From contig CAWCMR010000015.1 in NCBI GenBank assembly GCA_963796685.1, positions 192,001 to 256,000 of the forward strand: 64,000 bases of DNA, given 5' to 3'. Positions 44,931-54,914 of the stretch are shown piece by piece. Position 1 is the stretch's first letter. The number at the start of each line of letters is the position of its first letter. Under the pieces are notes generated by a model that worked only from the letters and a program-made list of their open reading frames with translations, was not told the DNA's origin and searched no databases. The translations under genes were made by a program, and so were the position numbers. Source of the DNA: an uncultured delta proteobacterium. GTDB taxonomy: Bacteria > Myxococcota_A > Polyangia > Fen-1088.

Positions 44931-45842
44931 ATGAGGCCCTTTCGAGCTGGTATCAAAATCATCGGTGTCAACCCCTATGTGTCCGTGCCGGCGGACCGGC
45001 TGGCGACACTTTTTGAGCGGGCGGCGAAGACGCGAGGGCCTATCGCGGTGTGTGGCCAGCTGGACGGTCACGCATTTCGACAGACCCTGGTGAAGTACGC
45101 TGGTGCCTGGCGCCTATACCTCAACACTCCCATGCGCCGAGCTGTCGCCAAGGGCGTGGGGGATCGTGTGACGGTGGACCTGGACTTCGATGCCGAGCCT
45201 CGTCTTGTGCCCGTGCCTCCTCGGTTCAAGCGCGCTTTGGCCACGAATCCCGCGGCAAACGCCGCCTTTGAGGCACTGGCTCCCTCTAGAAGAAAGGAGA
45301 TCGTTCGCTATTTGGCTTCGCTCAAGACCGAGGTTTCCCTGCGGCGCAATGTGGACATCGTGATTGGGCACCTGCTTGGGCATGAGCCCAAGGGGTTGTT
45401 TGCATTGATGAGGGTACGGCGTCGAGGGCAGGGAGCCCGTGACCAAAGCGGGGTCCAGGCATCGAAAGAGAAGTCGCGAATGTCAGGTAGACCGAAGACC
45501 GTAGACGAGTATCTTGCACGCTTGAGCGGCGAGAAGCTGACTGCGCTGAGAAAGCTGCGCAGCACGATTCGATCGATCGTTCCCAAGGCCGAGGAGTGCA
45601 TAAGCTACAGACTTCCAGCCTTCCGCCTCGACGGGGTCGTGATCGCCGGATTCTGCGCGACGGCGAAGGGATGTTCCTATTTTCCGTTCAGCGGATCGAC
45701 GCTAGGCACGCTGGCCGACGATCTCCGAGCGTACAGCCAAACCAAGTCCTCGCTTCATTTTCATCCCGACAAGCCGCTGCCGGCAGCGCTGGTCCGCAAG
45801 TTGATTAAGGTACGCGTCGCTGAAAGAAAGGGTAACAAGTAG
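44931..45842 (+). CDS. DUF1905/YdeI-OmdA domain in frame with a DUF1801 domain (may be two genes; second ATG at 45480)
   Basis: NPYV...LYLN-x-x-MR...F-x-ALAPSRRKE; then TVDEYL...EECISY-x-LPAF...TKSSLHF. Confidence 0.7.
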   Translation: MRPFRAGIKIIGVNPYVSVPADRLATLFERAAKTRGPIAVCGQLDGHAFRQTLVKYAGAWRLYLNTPMRRAVAKGVGDRVTVDLDFDAEPRLVPVPPRFKRALATNPAANAAFEALAPSRRKEIVRYLASLKTEVSLRRNVDIVIGHLLGHEPKGLFALMRVRRRGQGARDQSGVQASKEKSRMSGRPKTVDEYLARLSGEKLTALRKLRSTIRSIVPKAEECISYRLPAFRLDGVVIAGFCATAKGCSYFPFSGSTLGTLADDLRAYSQTKSSLHFHPDKPLPAALVRKLIKVRVAERKGNK

Positions 45843-45870
45843 ACGAGCCGCCTCGCCAAGCCCATGCACA

Positions 45871-46317
45871 TCAATCGACACGGGGCATGTTCTTGTAGCA
45901 GTCGTCCGTGGTCATGGTTGCATTGAGTTGCTGTGGGCTCGCCACGAATCGAATGGGATCCCAGTGGGCATCGCCCCCCGCTCCTCGCACGTGAAGCTGG
46001 CCAACCCAGTCACCGTAGTCGTCGGCATGGAGGCGAATGATTTCTTCGCCATTCGAGTAGTTGCGAAATCCACCGTTGCCCAGGGTCGAGATCGCGCCAG
46101 TGGCGCTTTTTCCGTCCACGCTGAATTTGACGACCATTCCCGCCGTATCTTTGCAGGTCACAGACCAGCGGCCGGCAATAGGGCCTGGATCCTTCTCCCA
46201 TGAATAGCGCTTTACCCCGGCCATGGCCACGCTCGTCAGGGCAACCCCTAAGAATAGAAGCACCGACAGGCTCACCGTCAGTCTGGAAATCAGCTTGCTA
46301 GCAAAAGTTCTTTTCAT
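45871..46317 (-). CDS. Exported hypothetical protein
   Basis: gaggaggag RBS, signal peptide, two Cys. Confidence 0.7.
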   Translation of the reverse strand: MKRTFASKLISRLTVSLSVLLFLGVALTSVAMAGVKRYSWEKDPGPIAGRWSVTCKDTAGMVVKFSVDGKSATGAISTLGNGGFRNYSNGEEIIRLHADDYGDWVGQLHVRGAGGDAHWDPIRFVASPQQLNATMTTDDCYKNMPRVD

Positions 46318-46358
46318 CTCGCTCCTCCTCGTGCCTGTATTCGCAAACGACATCACAG

Positions 46359-46374
46359 AGCAAGATGCGTGCCC
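46359..46374 (-). promoter_or_regulatory. sigma54 (-24/-12) promoter
   Basis: GGGCACGCATCTTGCT with exact GG-N10-GC spacing, about 40 nt upstream of the ATG. Confidence 0.6.
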
Positions 46375-46693
46375 GTAGTCCGAGGGAGACCATAGAGGTC
46401 TTGGAGCGAGACTGCGGTTATGGATATGGGGCGATTTACCACGCGTGGCAAGTTGCTACGCCGGCCGTCGTGAGGAATTCCCCGTAAGAACGACCGTACA
46501 ACCCGGACCTGCCGCGTGGCCATCGTGGTACCCTGAGGACGTCGCCTCGGTGGGGCTGCAGCTGAACGATCCACTGGGTAGGGACCACCGTCTCGTCGGG
46601 CCCAGATAGATGCCGATGACGATTCGGCCAGACACGACGCCCTAACGAACGTGCGGCCGTCGACAAGTGGGTCGCATGGGGGGATAACAACAC

Positions 46694-48436
46694 ATGCCAC
46701 AGGGTTCGTATCAGTCGCGCCTTCTTGCGGTCGCCGCCGCCTTTCTCTTGTCCGCAGGAGGGTGCAATTCCCAGACTGGGGTGACGGGCGGTAGCGGCGG
46801 CTCCGGGGCCGTGGGCTCAGGGGGCAGTGGCTCGGGCGGAAAAGCCGGCGGCGGCTCAGGGGGCAGTGGCTCGGGCGGGAAAGCCGGCAGCGGCGGCACC
46901 GGCGGCACCGGCGGTCTCGCGAGCGGCGGTGACGGCTCGGGTGGCAGTAGCTCGGGAGGTGCCAGCGGCAAGGGTGGCGCTGCGGGGTCGGGCGCCAGTA
47001 GCTCGGGAGGTGCCAGCGGCACGGCTGGCTCAGGCGGCAGCGCTTCCGGTGGCGCCGGCGGCAGGGGTGGAGCTGGCGGCTCCAAGTCAGGCGCTGGTGG
47101 GGGGACAGGCGGTGGTTCGGGCGGAGGCGGGGCGGGCAGCGGCGGAGCGGCAACCGGCGGCACGGGTGGGGCCGGGGGCACGGAGAGCGCCGCTTGCGAC
47201 TTCACGGTCACCTCGCAGCTCGCGAGCGACACCAGCGCAAAGTCGCCCACCACGGTCGGCATCGTCAAGTGGTCGGTCACGGGCATGACGCCCACCAGCG
47301 CGAACATCGAGCTCGGTCTCGATACGACCTACGGCACGAAGGCGCCCGTCGACCTGACGGTGGCAGGCTATCAGACGCCGCTGCTCGGGATGAAACCGTC
47401 CACGACGTATCACTTTCGCATCGTCGCTTCGAGCGGCTCCGCTTCGTGCACCAGCCAGGATCAGACGATTCAAACCGGCGCCAAGGCGACCTCCGTCTCG
47501 ATCGGCAGCTACACCATCAAGAGCGCCAGCGCGCACCAGCGCGGATTCATCATCACGTCGTACTGGAGCGGCTCGGGCAAGTCGGTGCCGTTCATCCTCG
47601 ATGCCGAAGGCAACATCGTATGGTGGTACGGTGGCGGTCCGAGCAATGGCATTGCACGGGCACGCATATCGGCAGACTCCAAGAACATGTGGATGGTCGT
47701 GCCCGACCTGAGCGGCGGCGGGCACGTGCAGCGGGTCAGCATGGATACCCTGGACGGGCAGACGTACGCATCGACCCAGTCCTCGCATGACATCGCGGCC
47801 GTCACCGGCTCGACGATGGCCTACATCGACTACAGCCCGAGCAGCGCGTGCAACGGCAATGGCGGAGGCATCGTCGAAATCGACCCGAGCGGTACGACCC
47901 ATACGGTGGTCAACGCAAGCACCTTCCTCTCCTCTTCGGGGGGCGGCGGAGGTATGGGCTGCCACGGCAATTCCCTGCGCTATTCAGCCAAGGAGGATTA
48001 CTACACCTATTCCGACGTTCAGTCGGACGTCTACATCTTGAACCGCTCGGGTGCGCTGCAGTGGAAGTTGTCGAGCAAGGTCGGCAGCAACAGCTCCTGG
48101 GGCGGCGTGCAGCACGGCCAGCAGCTGCTCGACAACAGCATCATCATCTTCGCCAACTCTGGCGGTGGCAACAACGCCTCGGCGGCCATCGAGTACGGGT
48201 TGGATGGCTCGCTGATCAAGAAGTTCGCCAGCGGTGGGAACACGCAGAACCTCGGCGACGTGCAACGGTTGCCTGGCGGCAACACGCTCATCAACTACGG
48301 CAACGGCGGCAATATTCAGGAAGTAGATTCATCGGGCAACGTCGTCATGGAGATCAAGGGCAGCAGCGGTAGCTACTTCGGCTACTCCGAATGGCGTGAC
48401 AGCCTCTACGGCCCGCCGCTCGACATCAACGAGTAG
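46694..48436 (+). CDS. Lipoprotein with Gly-rich linker, FN3-like domain and arylsulfotransferase-like beta-propeller
   Basis: AGGC lipobox; LKP-x-TTYHFRI-like FN3; SHD, HGNS, QHG, QRLPGGNTLI. Confidence 0.7.
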   Translation: MPQGSYQSRLLAVAAAFLLSAGGCNSQTGVTGGSGGSGAVGSGGSGSGGKAGGGSGGSGSGGKAGSGGTGGTGGLASGGDGSGGSSSGGASGKGGAAGSGASSSGGASGTAGSGGSASGGAGGRGGAGGSKSGAGGGTGGGSGGGGAGSGGAATGGTGGAGGTESAACDFTVTSQLASDTSAKSPTTVGIVKWSVTGMTPTSANIELGLDTTYGTKAPVDLTVAGYQTPLLGMKPSTTYHFRIVASSGSASCTSQDQTIQTGAKATSVSIGSYTIKSASAHQRGFIITSYWSGSGKSVPFILDAEGNIVWWYGGGPSNGIARARISADSKNMWMVVPDLSGGGHVQRVSMDTLDGQTYASTQSSHDIAAVTGSTMAYIDYSPSSACNGNGGGIVEIDPSGTTHTVVNASTFLSSSGGGGGMGCHGNSLRYSAKEDYYTYSDVQSDVYILNRSGALQWKLSSKVGSNSSWGGVQHGQQLLDNSIIIFANSGGGNNASAAIEYGLDGSLIKKFASGGNTQNLGDVQRLPGGNTLINYGNGGNIQEVDSSGNVVMEIKGSSGSYFGYSEWRDSLYGPPLDINE

Positions 48437-48530
48437 CCCGTCGACGCCAGGCAAACGCCAAGGCCAGGATGGCAATGCACAAGCTTGCCGCTGTCTCGGT
48501 TCGACCATGTCTTCCGCGAACGCCTACTTG

Positions 48531-48693
48531 CTAGCACTACTGATTCAAATTCGGACCGAGCCGTCGCGTCGCGAGGGCCTCGACCGCAACGAACGACGAG
48601 GGCGCATACTTGACGTATGTAACCGAGGAGTGAGGCAGCGGGCGAGGACCGCAGCAGCGACGGCGACGGGAGAATTTGAATCAGTAGTGCTAG
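48531..48693. mobile_element. 163-bp MITE-like element with perfect 22-bp terminal inverted repeats
   Basis: CTAGCACTACTGATTCAAATTC (48531-48552) and its exact reverse complement (48672-48693); internal symmetry. Confidence 0.85.
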
Positions 48694-49079
48694 GCGCCTG
48701 TGGGGGCTACGGGAGCTCCTTCGCAGCGTACGGTCATCTGCACCCTGTAGTCCTTGGTCTTGTCGCGGTCGTCTTTTGCGCCGAGCAAACCGGCGGCGAG
48801 GGACATCGCCTTATTCGCGGTGCCGGTGGTGCCGTTCTTATCGGGGCCGTTGTAGGTCGTGTCCGGCCCAGCTACGACGACATACGCCTTGCCGGTTGGG
48901 TTGCAATTTTCGGTAGCCTCGCGCTTGGCACCGTCGAGGGCGACAGTTTCCTCGGCCGCAAAGACCGTGACGACCAAACCCTCGGGCTTCGGAATGTTGC
49001 TGAACGTGTAGTGCTTGGGAGCTGCCGTTGCACAACCAAAGACTCCGGACAGGACGAAGATAATGAAACTCGCTTTCAT
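48690..49079 (-). CDS. Small hypothetical lipoprotein
   Basis: aggaaa RBS, VFGC lipobox; stop codon lies inside the MITE end. Confidence 0.7.
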   Translation of the reverse strand: MKASFIIFVLSGVFGCATAAPKHYTFSNIPKPEGLVVTVFAAEETVALDGAKREATENCNPTGKAYVVVAGPDTTYNGPDKNGTTGTANKAMSLAAGLLGAKDDRDKTKDYRVQMTVRCEGAPVAPTGA

Positions 49080-49156
49080 CGCATGTTTTCCTTTCTATTT
49101 GGAAGATCCAGCCTGATGGGACGTTACATCATTTCACGGAGCTTGGGAAGGCTCTC

Positions 49157-49189
49157 GTTCGAATCCTGTTCGAATCTCGTTCGAATCCC
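49157..49189. repeat. Three tandem 11-bp repeats GTTCGAATCYY
   Basis: GTTCGAATCCT GTTCGAATCTC GTTCGAATCCC. Confidence 0.85.
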
Positions 49190-49377
49190 GTGGTGGCCGA
49201 ATGAATCTGTCAGTCCACCTCCCAGGCCTTTCCTCGGGTACTATGGAAGCCCTATCGACAATCCTATCTTGGGAGAGCCACATGCCGGTCGCGCTACGGA
49301 TACCGCCCCGTCGCAAACCACCGAGCTTCGAACAGCTTCAACAAGAGCTCGAGCTCGACCAGCGCAAGGAATACTGG

Positions 49378-49678
49378 TTGGGAACATGACAAGGCTGGCC
49401 ACCGCGAGGACGCCCTTCGGGTGCTGGACCTGGCCGCCGAGCTGCAGCCGCAAAATCGCGAGATTATCCAGCGCAGGGGCTACATCGTGGAGGGGCTGAC
49501 CGAGCGGAGCGCTGGTCCGACCGGTACCCCGGGCGTGCAGGCCCCGGACTTGGATGGGCTCAAGCAAGCGGCGCGCGACAACCCGGATGATCTACGTGTC
49601 CATCAGCAGCTCGACTACAATCTTGCCCGGCCGGGCAAGTTCACCGAGGTGGTAGCCCTGTGGGACAGCTACCCATGG
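49378..49678 (+). pseudogene. Fragment of a TPR-containing protein
   Basis: GHREDALRVLDLAAELQPQN...NPDDLRVHQQLDYNLAR; no clear start, truncated. Confidence 0.4.
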
Positions 49679-50284
49679 TCACGCCCGTGGCCGAGGGTTG
49701 AATAGGCGACGTTTTCGGACGGCGTAGAAGGCAAACGCCCACCAGCAGGCCAAGAGCACGACCGTCTCCATGCGTGTGGCATTCACGATCGCGTCCGAGT
49801 CGACCAGGCTCCCCAGCCCGTCCGTCCCCAAAATGAGCCCTTGGAGCTCGGAGGCCGACTGGCCGATCGACGCCAGGATCCCCGCCCTGTCGAGAAGGAG
49901 CGCCAACCGATCGATGGTGTACAACCCCGTACCGGCAAGCAGCACCGGGATCCCCCACGGGCGCAACATCAGCAGCCCCAGACCCATCGCAACGTACGCT
50001 GCGGTGAAGATCAGGTGGTAGGTGACCGCGATCGAACCCGTGCGAACCGCGCCTGCCAGGGGAACAGCCGCGGTCATCGAATACGCCTCGTAGGCGGCCG
50101 TGATCAAGAAGAAGGCGCCTGCGAGTCGGAGGGTAATCGCACCCTTTTGCCGGGCAAAGGCTGACTTTCCGACGCCGTCGGGCGGTCGCCAAAGCCCCCC
50201 GCTCCGCGTCGCACCGCAGAACCGGCACAGGATCGCGGCGTCCTGGATCTCCTCGGCGCAGAACGGGCATTTCATCCAGCGCAT
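49679..50284 (-). CDS. Zinc-ribbon membrane protein
   Basis: AGGAGG RBS; CPFCAEEIQ-x-x-A-x-x-CRFCG, then about four hydrophobic helices. Confidence 0.8.
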   Translation of the reverse strand: MRWMKCPFCAEEIQDAAILCRFCGATRSGGLWRPPDGVGKSAFARQKGAITLRLAGAFFLITAAYEAYSMTAAVPLAGAVRTGSIAVTYHLIFTAAYVAMGLGLLMLRPWGIPVLLAGTGLYTIDRLALLLDRAGILASIGQSASELQGLILGTDGLGSLVDSDAIVNATRMETVVLLACWWAFAFYAVRKRRLFNPRPRA

Positions 50285-50325
50285 CTTACCTCCTGAATCT
50301 CGTGCGGACCCGATCGGCAACGCCA

Positions 50326-51722
50326 ATGCCCACTCGCGATGTGCTAACATCGGATGCTACTGTGACCGTCGTTTCACTCAGGAGCGCAGCGAAGACGTTT
50401 CGCTCCCGGCTGCTCGCCTTCTCGCTCCTTTCCTCCTGGCTTGTCTCGGTGGGGTGCGTGGATCTGACGAGGCCGTGGGACAAGGTCACGGCGCAAGGTG
50501 GGACTTATGGTGGCCAAGGCGGTGCTGGCGGCGGGATATTGGATGGCGCCGGTACCGGTGGCGCGGGCGCTACGCCTGGCCAGGACGTTGGCGGCGGGGT
50601 CGGAGGAATCGGCGAGGTCGATGCGCCCTTGAGCACAGGGGGAGCCATTGATGCGCCTTTCTCGGGCGTCGGGGGCGGTATCGATGCGCCTTTCTCTGGT
50701 AATGGGGGGGCTGGCGACGCGCCACAATCTGGCGCCGGCGGCGCAATTGACACGGGTACGCAGGTGGGAACTGGCGGCGTTTTGGGATCGGGTGGCGTCG
50801 GAGTAGACGCTCCGCCCTTGGGCAGTGGTGGCGCAAGCGGAGGTCGAGACGGTGGGATTGACGGCGCTCTCCCGGTCACGGGCGGTGCGACTGGCACTGG
50901 TGGTGTGATCGGCACCGGCGGTGTGATCGGCTCCGGTGGTGTGGTCGCCACCGGTGGTGTGGTCGCCACCGGTGGTGTGATCGGCTCCGGTGGTGTGCCT
51001 GGCACGGGCGGCGCCGATCCACTTCTCGTCGGGCTGCTGGTTTACTACCCCTGTGACAGCATGACCGGAACAAACACGCTCCCGGACAAGTCGGGCAACG
51101 GGAACAACGGGACGCTGTCGGCAACGGGCACCAGCTTCACTACAACTGGCTACAAGGTGGGCACCGGCGCTTTGCTCTTGGCCTCTGCCAGCAGCGGCTA
51201 CGTCACGATGCCTCCTGCGATATTTCGTGGACTCACCGACATCACCATCGCCACCTGGGTGAAGGTCGTAACGGCCCAGACCTGGCCGCGAATCTTCGAC
51301 ATAGGCATCAACGCCGGCGTAACGCTGAACCCGAGCACAGGCACCAATACGTACACGTATATGAGTCTCGTGCCCCAGAACGAAGGCTCCCCTCCCAACC
51401 TAGTGTTCGCCATTACCAAGTCCGGTTTTCCCGGGGAGCAGCAGCTTGCCAATCCCACTCCTTCGACCGGTGTTTGGCAACACGTTGCGATCGTCCTGGG
51501 CGCGGGCTCAAGCCGCTCTACATCAACGGTACGCTTGTCCCCTCCAGCACCTCCGTCACACTGCGGCCGGCTGATCTCGGCACCATCGACTACGCCTTCA
51601 TCGGCAAGTGCCAGTTCTCACATGATCCCTATTTCGACGGCCAGATCGACGATTTGCGCGTGTACAGCCGGGCGTTGTCCGCCAGCGAAGCCCAGGCTCT
51701 CTACCAATTCACGGGACCATAG
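50326..51722 (+). CDS. Lipoprotein with Gly-rich repeats and LamG/concanavalin-like domain (frameshift near 51510)
   Basis: SVGC lipobox; DKSGNGNNG, TIATWV, RIFD, WQHVA, then LYING...GQIDDLRVYSRALS in another frame. Confidence 0.75.
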
Positions 51723-51765
51723 ACCAGCTCAACGGGTGATGAGATGGCCATGGAGGCGACCTGGC

Positions 51766-52173
51766 CTACGGCCACTTGTTCCTGACCCGCTGGATTTCCC
51801 GACGGTCGCGCTTGGTGGGGCGGCCGCCGGTGTCGAAGGTCAGGGTGGACGCGTTCTTCAGTTGGAACGCCAGCAACTCGCGCGCTTGGCGGCTCTCCGC
51901 GGTCTCTTCCCAGAGCGTTGCCGCGGCGGTGCCCGAGCCCCTCGTGCCGGAAACCCCGCGCACGACCACGGTTTGGGAAAAAGGCGGCCGGCGAATCGTG
52001 ATGACATCGCCAATGGCCACCACGCGGGATCGCTTGGCGCGGTCGTCCCCGAGATCCACCTTTCCCCCATCCACCGCTTCCGCCGCCAGCGATCGCGTTT
52101 TGAAGAACCGGGCCGCCCACAGCCACTTGTCCAACCGGACGTGGACGTTGGCGGAATCATCGGTCTTGGACAC
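51766..52173 (-). CDS. hslR: Ribosome-associated heat shock protein Hsp15 (S4 domain)
   Basis: RLDKWLWAARFFKTRSLA, GRPTKRDRR. Confidence 0.93.
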   Translation of the reverse strand: MSKTDDSANVHVRLDKWLWAARFFKTRSLAAEAVDGGKVDLGDDRAKRSRVVAIGDVITIRRPPFSQTVVVRGVSGTRGSGTAAATLWEETAESRQARELLAFQLKNASTLTFDTGGRPTKRDRREIQRVRNKWP

Positions 52174-52185
52174 GGCTTGCTCGTG

Positions 52186-52434
52186 TTACCCGACCGGCAA
52201 CCCGGAGACGATGATCTTGCGCAACTCTGAAACCGGCAGTGTCTGTCCCTGCTTCGTCTCCTCGAAAATGATCTGGGCCATCGTCGCTGCCGTGAGATCT
52301 TTGCCGGTAGTTTTGTGGAGGACCTGGATATCATCGCCCGCCCGGATGATCGCGGCGATCTGCGCCAGGGTGATGTAGTGGCTCTCCTGCGTGTCGTACA
52401 GCTTTCTGTTCGCGTAGCGTCGGATGGTCCTCAT
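52186..52434 (-). CDS. PhaR-like (PHB regulator) DNA-binding domain protein
   Basis: IRRYANRKLYDT-x-x-S-x-YITL...TG-x-DLT-x-x-T-x-AQII. Confidence 0.88.
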   Translation of the reverse strand: MRTIRRYANRKLYDTQESHYITLAQIAAIIRAGDDIQVLHKTTGKDLTAATMAQIIFEETKQGQTLPVSELRKIIVSGLPVG

Positions 52435-52519
52435 GGGCAGAGAATCTCACGAACCGGGACGAAGGGGTAGGGCGTCTGGCGAAGGATAGGGCATCCAGCG
52501 ATTTGTCTGTTCCGGTTGC

Positions 52520-52535
52520 GAGTGAGCACTCACTC
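52520..52535. promoter_or_regulatory. Palindromic operator, probably for the adjacent TetR
   Basis: GAGTGAG-CA-CTCACTC 16 nt upstream of the TetR ATG. Confidence 0.7.
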
Positions 52536-52551
52536 ATATAGAAACGGCACC

Positions 52552-53178
52552 ATGGGTACCGGTCGCCGGCGCGCGCCTCCGATGCCGCTGGACGAGCGGC
52601 GGGCGAGCATCGTCGAGGCCGCGCTGCCGCTACTCCGCAAGCACGGCGACAAGGTCACGACCGCGCAGATCGCAAAGGCCGCCAGCCTGGCCGAGGGCAC
52701 CCTGTTCCGCGCGTTCCGCGACAAGCCCGAGCTGATCGAGGCGACCCTGTGCGCCGCGTTCGATCCGGCGCCGGCCGAGGCGAAGCTGCGAGCGATCGAC
52801 TCAGCGCTGGGCCTGCGCGATACGCTGATCGCCGCCGTCGAGATCCTGGCCCAACGGATCGAGCAGGTCTGGCATCTGATGACCATGCTGGGGCGCACCA
52901 TGCCAGCGGATCGGGCGCGGAGCCGGGCGCGCGGCTGTCGCCGCCCCACCGAAGATCCGGGCGCGCCGGTCCGCGGCTGCCTGACCGAGCTGCTCGAAGC
53001 CCACGCGGGCGAGCTCCGCTGTCCGCCCGAGAAGGCCGCTCGCCTGGTCCACGCGATGGCGTTCGCGGGCACCCATCCCCGTCTCGCCGGCCCCCGCCCC
53101 CTGTCGCCGGCCGAGGTCGTCGACGTCGTGCTCGAAGGCATTCGCGCGCGGACACGCGAGGACGAGGAGAACACCTGA
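52552..53178 (+). CDS. TetR/AcrR family regulator
   Basis: TTAQIAKAASLAEGTLFRAFRDK HTH. Confidence 0.92.
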   Translation: MGTGRRRAPPMPLDERRASIVEAALPLLRKHGDKVTTAQIAKAASLAEGTLFRAFRDKPELIEATLCAAFDPAPAEAKLRAIDSALGLRDTLIAAVEILAQRIEQVWHLMTMLGRTMPADRARSRARGCRRPTEDPGAPVRGCLTELLEAHAGELRCPPEKAARLVHAMAFAGTHPRLAGPRPLSPAEVVDVVLEGIRARTREDEENT

Positions 53179-54914
53179 TGCTCTGGCGGTTACTCCGCAC
53201 CTACCTCCGTCCCTACGGCAGGTCCCTCGCGGTGCTGATCGTGCTCCAGATCTTGAGCACCGTGGCCAATCTCTACCTGCCTTACGTCAACGGCGACATC
53301 ATCGACCTCGGCGTCGCCAAGGGCGACACCCACTACATCCTCGTCCAAGGCGGCCTGATGCTCGCCATCGCGGCGCTGCAGATCGGGTGCGCGATCGCCG
53401 CGGTCTACGTCGGTGCTCGGGTCGCCATGGGGTACGGTCGCGACCTGCGCGACGCGGTCTTTCACCACGTCGGCCGGCTGTCCGAGCGCGAGGTCGGCAA
53501 GCTCGGCGCGCCCTCGCTGATTACCCGCACGACCAACGACGTCCAGCAGATCCAGTCGCTGCTGCAGATGAGCACGACCATGTTCGTGATGGCGCCGATC
53601 ATGTGCGTGGGCGGCATGGTCATGGCGCTGCGCACGGACCTGCCGCTGTCGCAGCTTCTCCTTGTCGCCATCCCTGTCCTCGTCGGCGCGATGGGCTTCC
53701 TGATCAGCCGGATGGTGCCGAAGTTCCGCGCGATGCAGCCCAAGATCGACACGGTCAACCGGGTCCTGCGCCAGCAGATCACCGGCATGCGCGTCGTGCG
53801 CGCCTTCGTACGCGAGCCCATGGAGGGCGCTCGCTTCGAAGACGCCAACGAGGACCTCACCGGTGTCGCGCTGGCGGTCGGCAAGCTCCAGGCCCTGATG
53901 TGGCCGATGGTCATGCTGGTCTTCAACGCGTCGACGGTCGCCGTCCTGTGGTTCGGCGCCCACCGGGTCGCGTCGGGTGCCATCGGCGTCGGCGCCCTGA
54001 TTGCGTACATCAGCTACCTGATGCAGATCCTGGTCGCCGTCATGATGACGACCTTCCTGTCGATCATCATCCCCCGTGCCTCGGTCTGCGCCGAGCGCAT
54101 CCTCGAGGTCCTGGACACCGTGCCGCGGGTCGCACCACCGGCCTCGCCGGTCACGCCGGCCGAGCTGACCGGCGTCGTCGAGCTGCGCGGCGTCGAGTAC
54201 CGCTACCTCGGCGCGGCGGCGCCGGTCCTCGCCGACATCTCGTTCGTCGCGCGTCCCGGCCGGACCACCGCCATCGTCGGCGCGACCGGCGCCGGCAAGA
54301 CGACCCTGCTTGAGCTGATCCCGCGCCTCAGCGACCCGACCGCCGGCGCCGTCCTCATCGACGGCCTCGACGTGCGCGAGCGCCAGCCCGAAGAGCTCTG
54401 GGCGCGGATCGGCGTCGTCCCGCAGCGCTCGTACCTGCTTTCGGGCACGGTCGCGTCCAACCTTCGCTTCGGCAACCCTGACGCCACCGACGCCGAGCTG
54501 TGGGAGGCGCTGGCGGTCGCCCAGGGCGACGACTTCGTCCGCGCGATGCCGCAGCAGCTCGAGGCGCCGATCGCCCAGGGAGGGACCAACGTCTCCGGCG
54601 GGCAGTGTCAGCGTCTGGCGATTGCGCGCGCGCTTCTGCGCCGGCCCGCGGTCTATCTGTTCGACGACTCGTTCTCGGCGCTCGACCAGACGACCGAGGC
54701 CCGGCTGCGCGCGGCGCTCCGGTCGCACACCCAGGGCGCCACGGTGATCGTCGTCGCCCAGCGCATTTCCAGCATCCGCCACGCCGAGCAGATCCTGGTC
54801 CTCGACGCCGGCAGGATCGTCGGCCGCGGCACCCACGACGAGCTGGTCCGGACCTGCCCGACCTACGCCGAGATCGTGGCGTCGCAGACCGAGCAGCAGG
54901 AGACCGCGGCATGA
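53178..54914 (+). CDS. Heterodimeric ABC exporter subunit (degenerate NBD)
   Basis: 6-TM domain, GATGAGKT, SGGQ, YLFDD and AQR non-canonical catalytic residues. Confidence 0.93.
   Translation: MLWRLLRTYLRPYGRSLAVLIVLQILSTVANLYLPYVNGDIIDLGVAKGDTHYILVQGGLMLAIAALQIGCAIAAVYVGARVAMGYGRDLRDAVFHHVGRLSEREVGKLGAPSLITRTTNDVQQIQSLLQMSTTMFVMAPIMCVGGMVMALRTDLPLSQLLLVAIPVLVGAMGFLISRMVPKFRAMQPKIDTVNRVLRQQITGMRVVRAFVREPMEGARFEDANEDLTGVALAVGKLQALMWPMVMLVFNASTVAVLWFGAHRVASGAIGVGALIAYISYLMQILVAVMMTTFLSIIIPRASVCAERILEVLDTVPRVAPPASPVTPAELTGVVELRGVEYRYLGAAAPVLADISFVARPGRTTAIVGATGAGKTTLLELIPRLSDPTAGAVLIDGLDVRERQPEELWARIGVVPQRSYLLSGTVASNLRFGNPDATDAELWEALAVAQGDDFVRAMPQQLEAPIAQGGTNVSGGQCQRLAIARALLRRPAVYLFDDSFSALDQTTEARLRAALRSHTQGATVIVVAQRISSIRHAEQILVLDAGRIVGRGTHDELVRTCPTYAEIVASQTEQQETAA

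Noticed and set aside
49140-49200. Second tRNA gene at GTTCGAATC
   Set aside because: No acceptor, D or anticodon stems around the motif
12234-52000. Intact integrase or long attR copy of the tRNA 3' end
   Set aside because: Only recombinase fragments and an 11-bp match were found by eye
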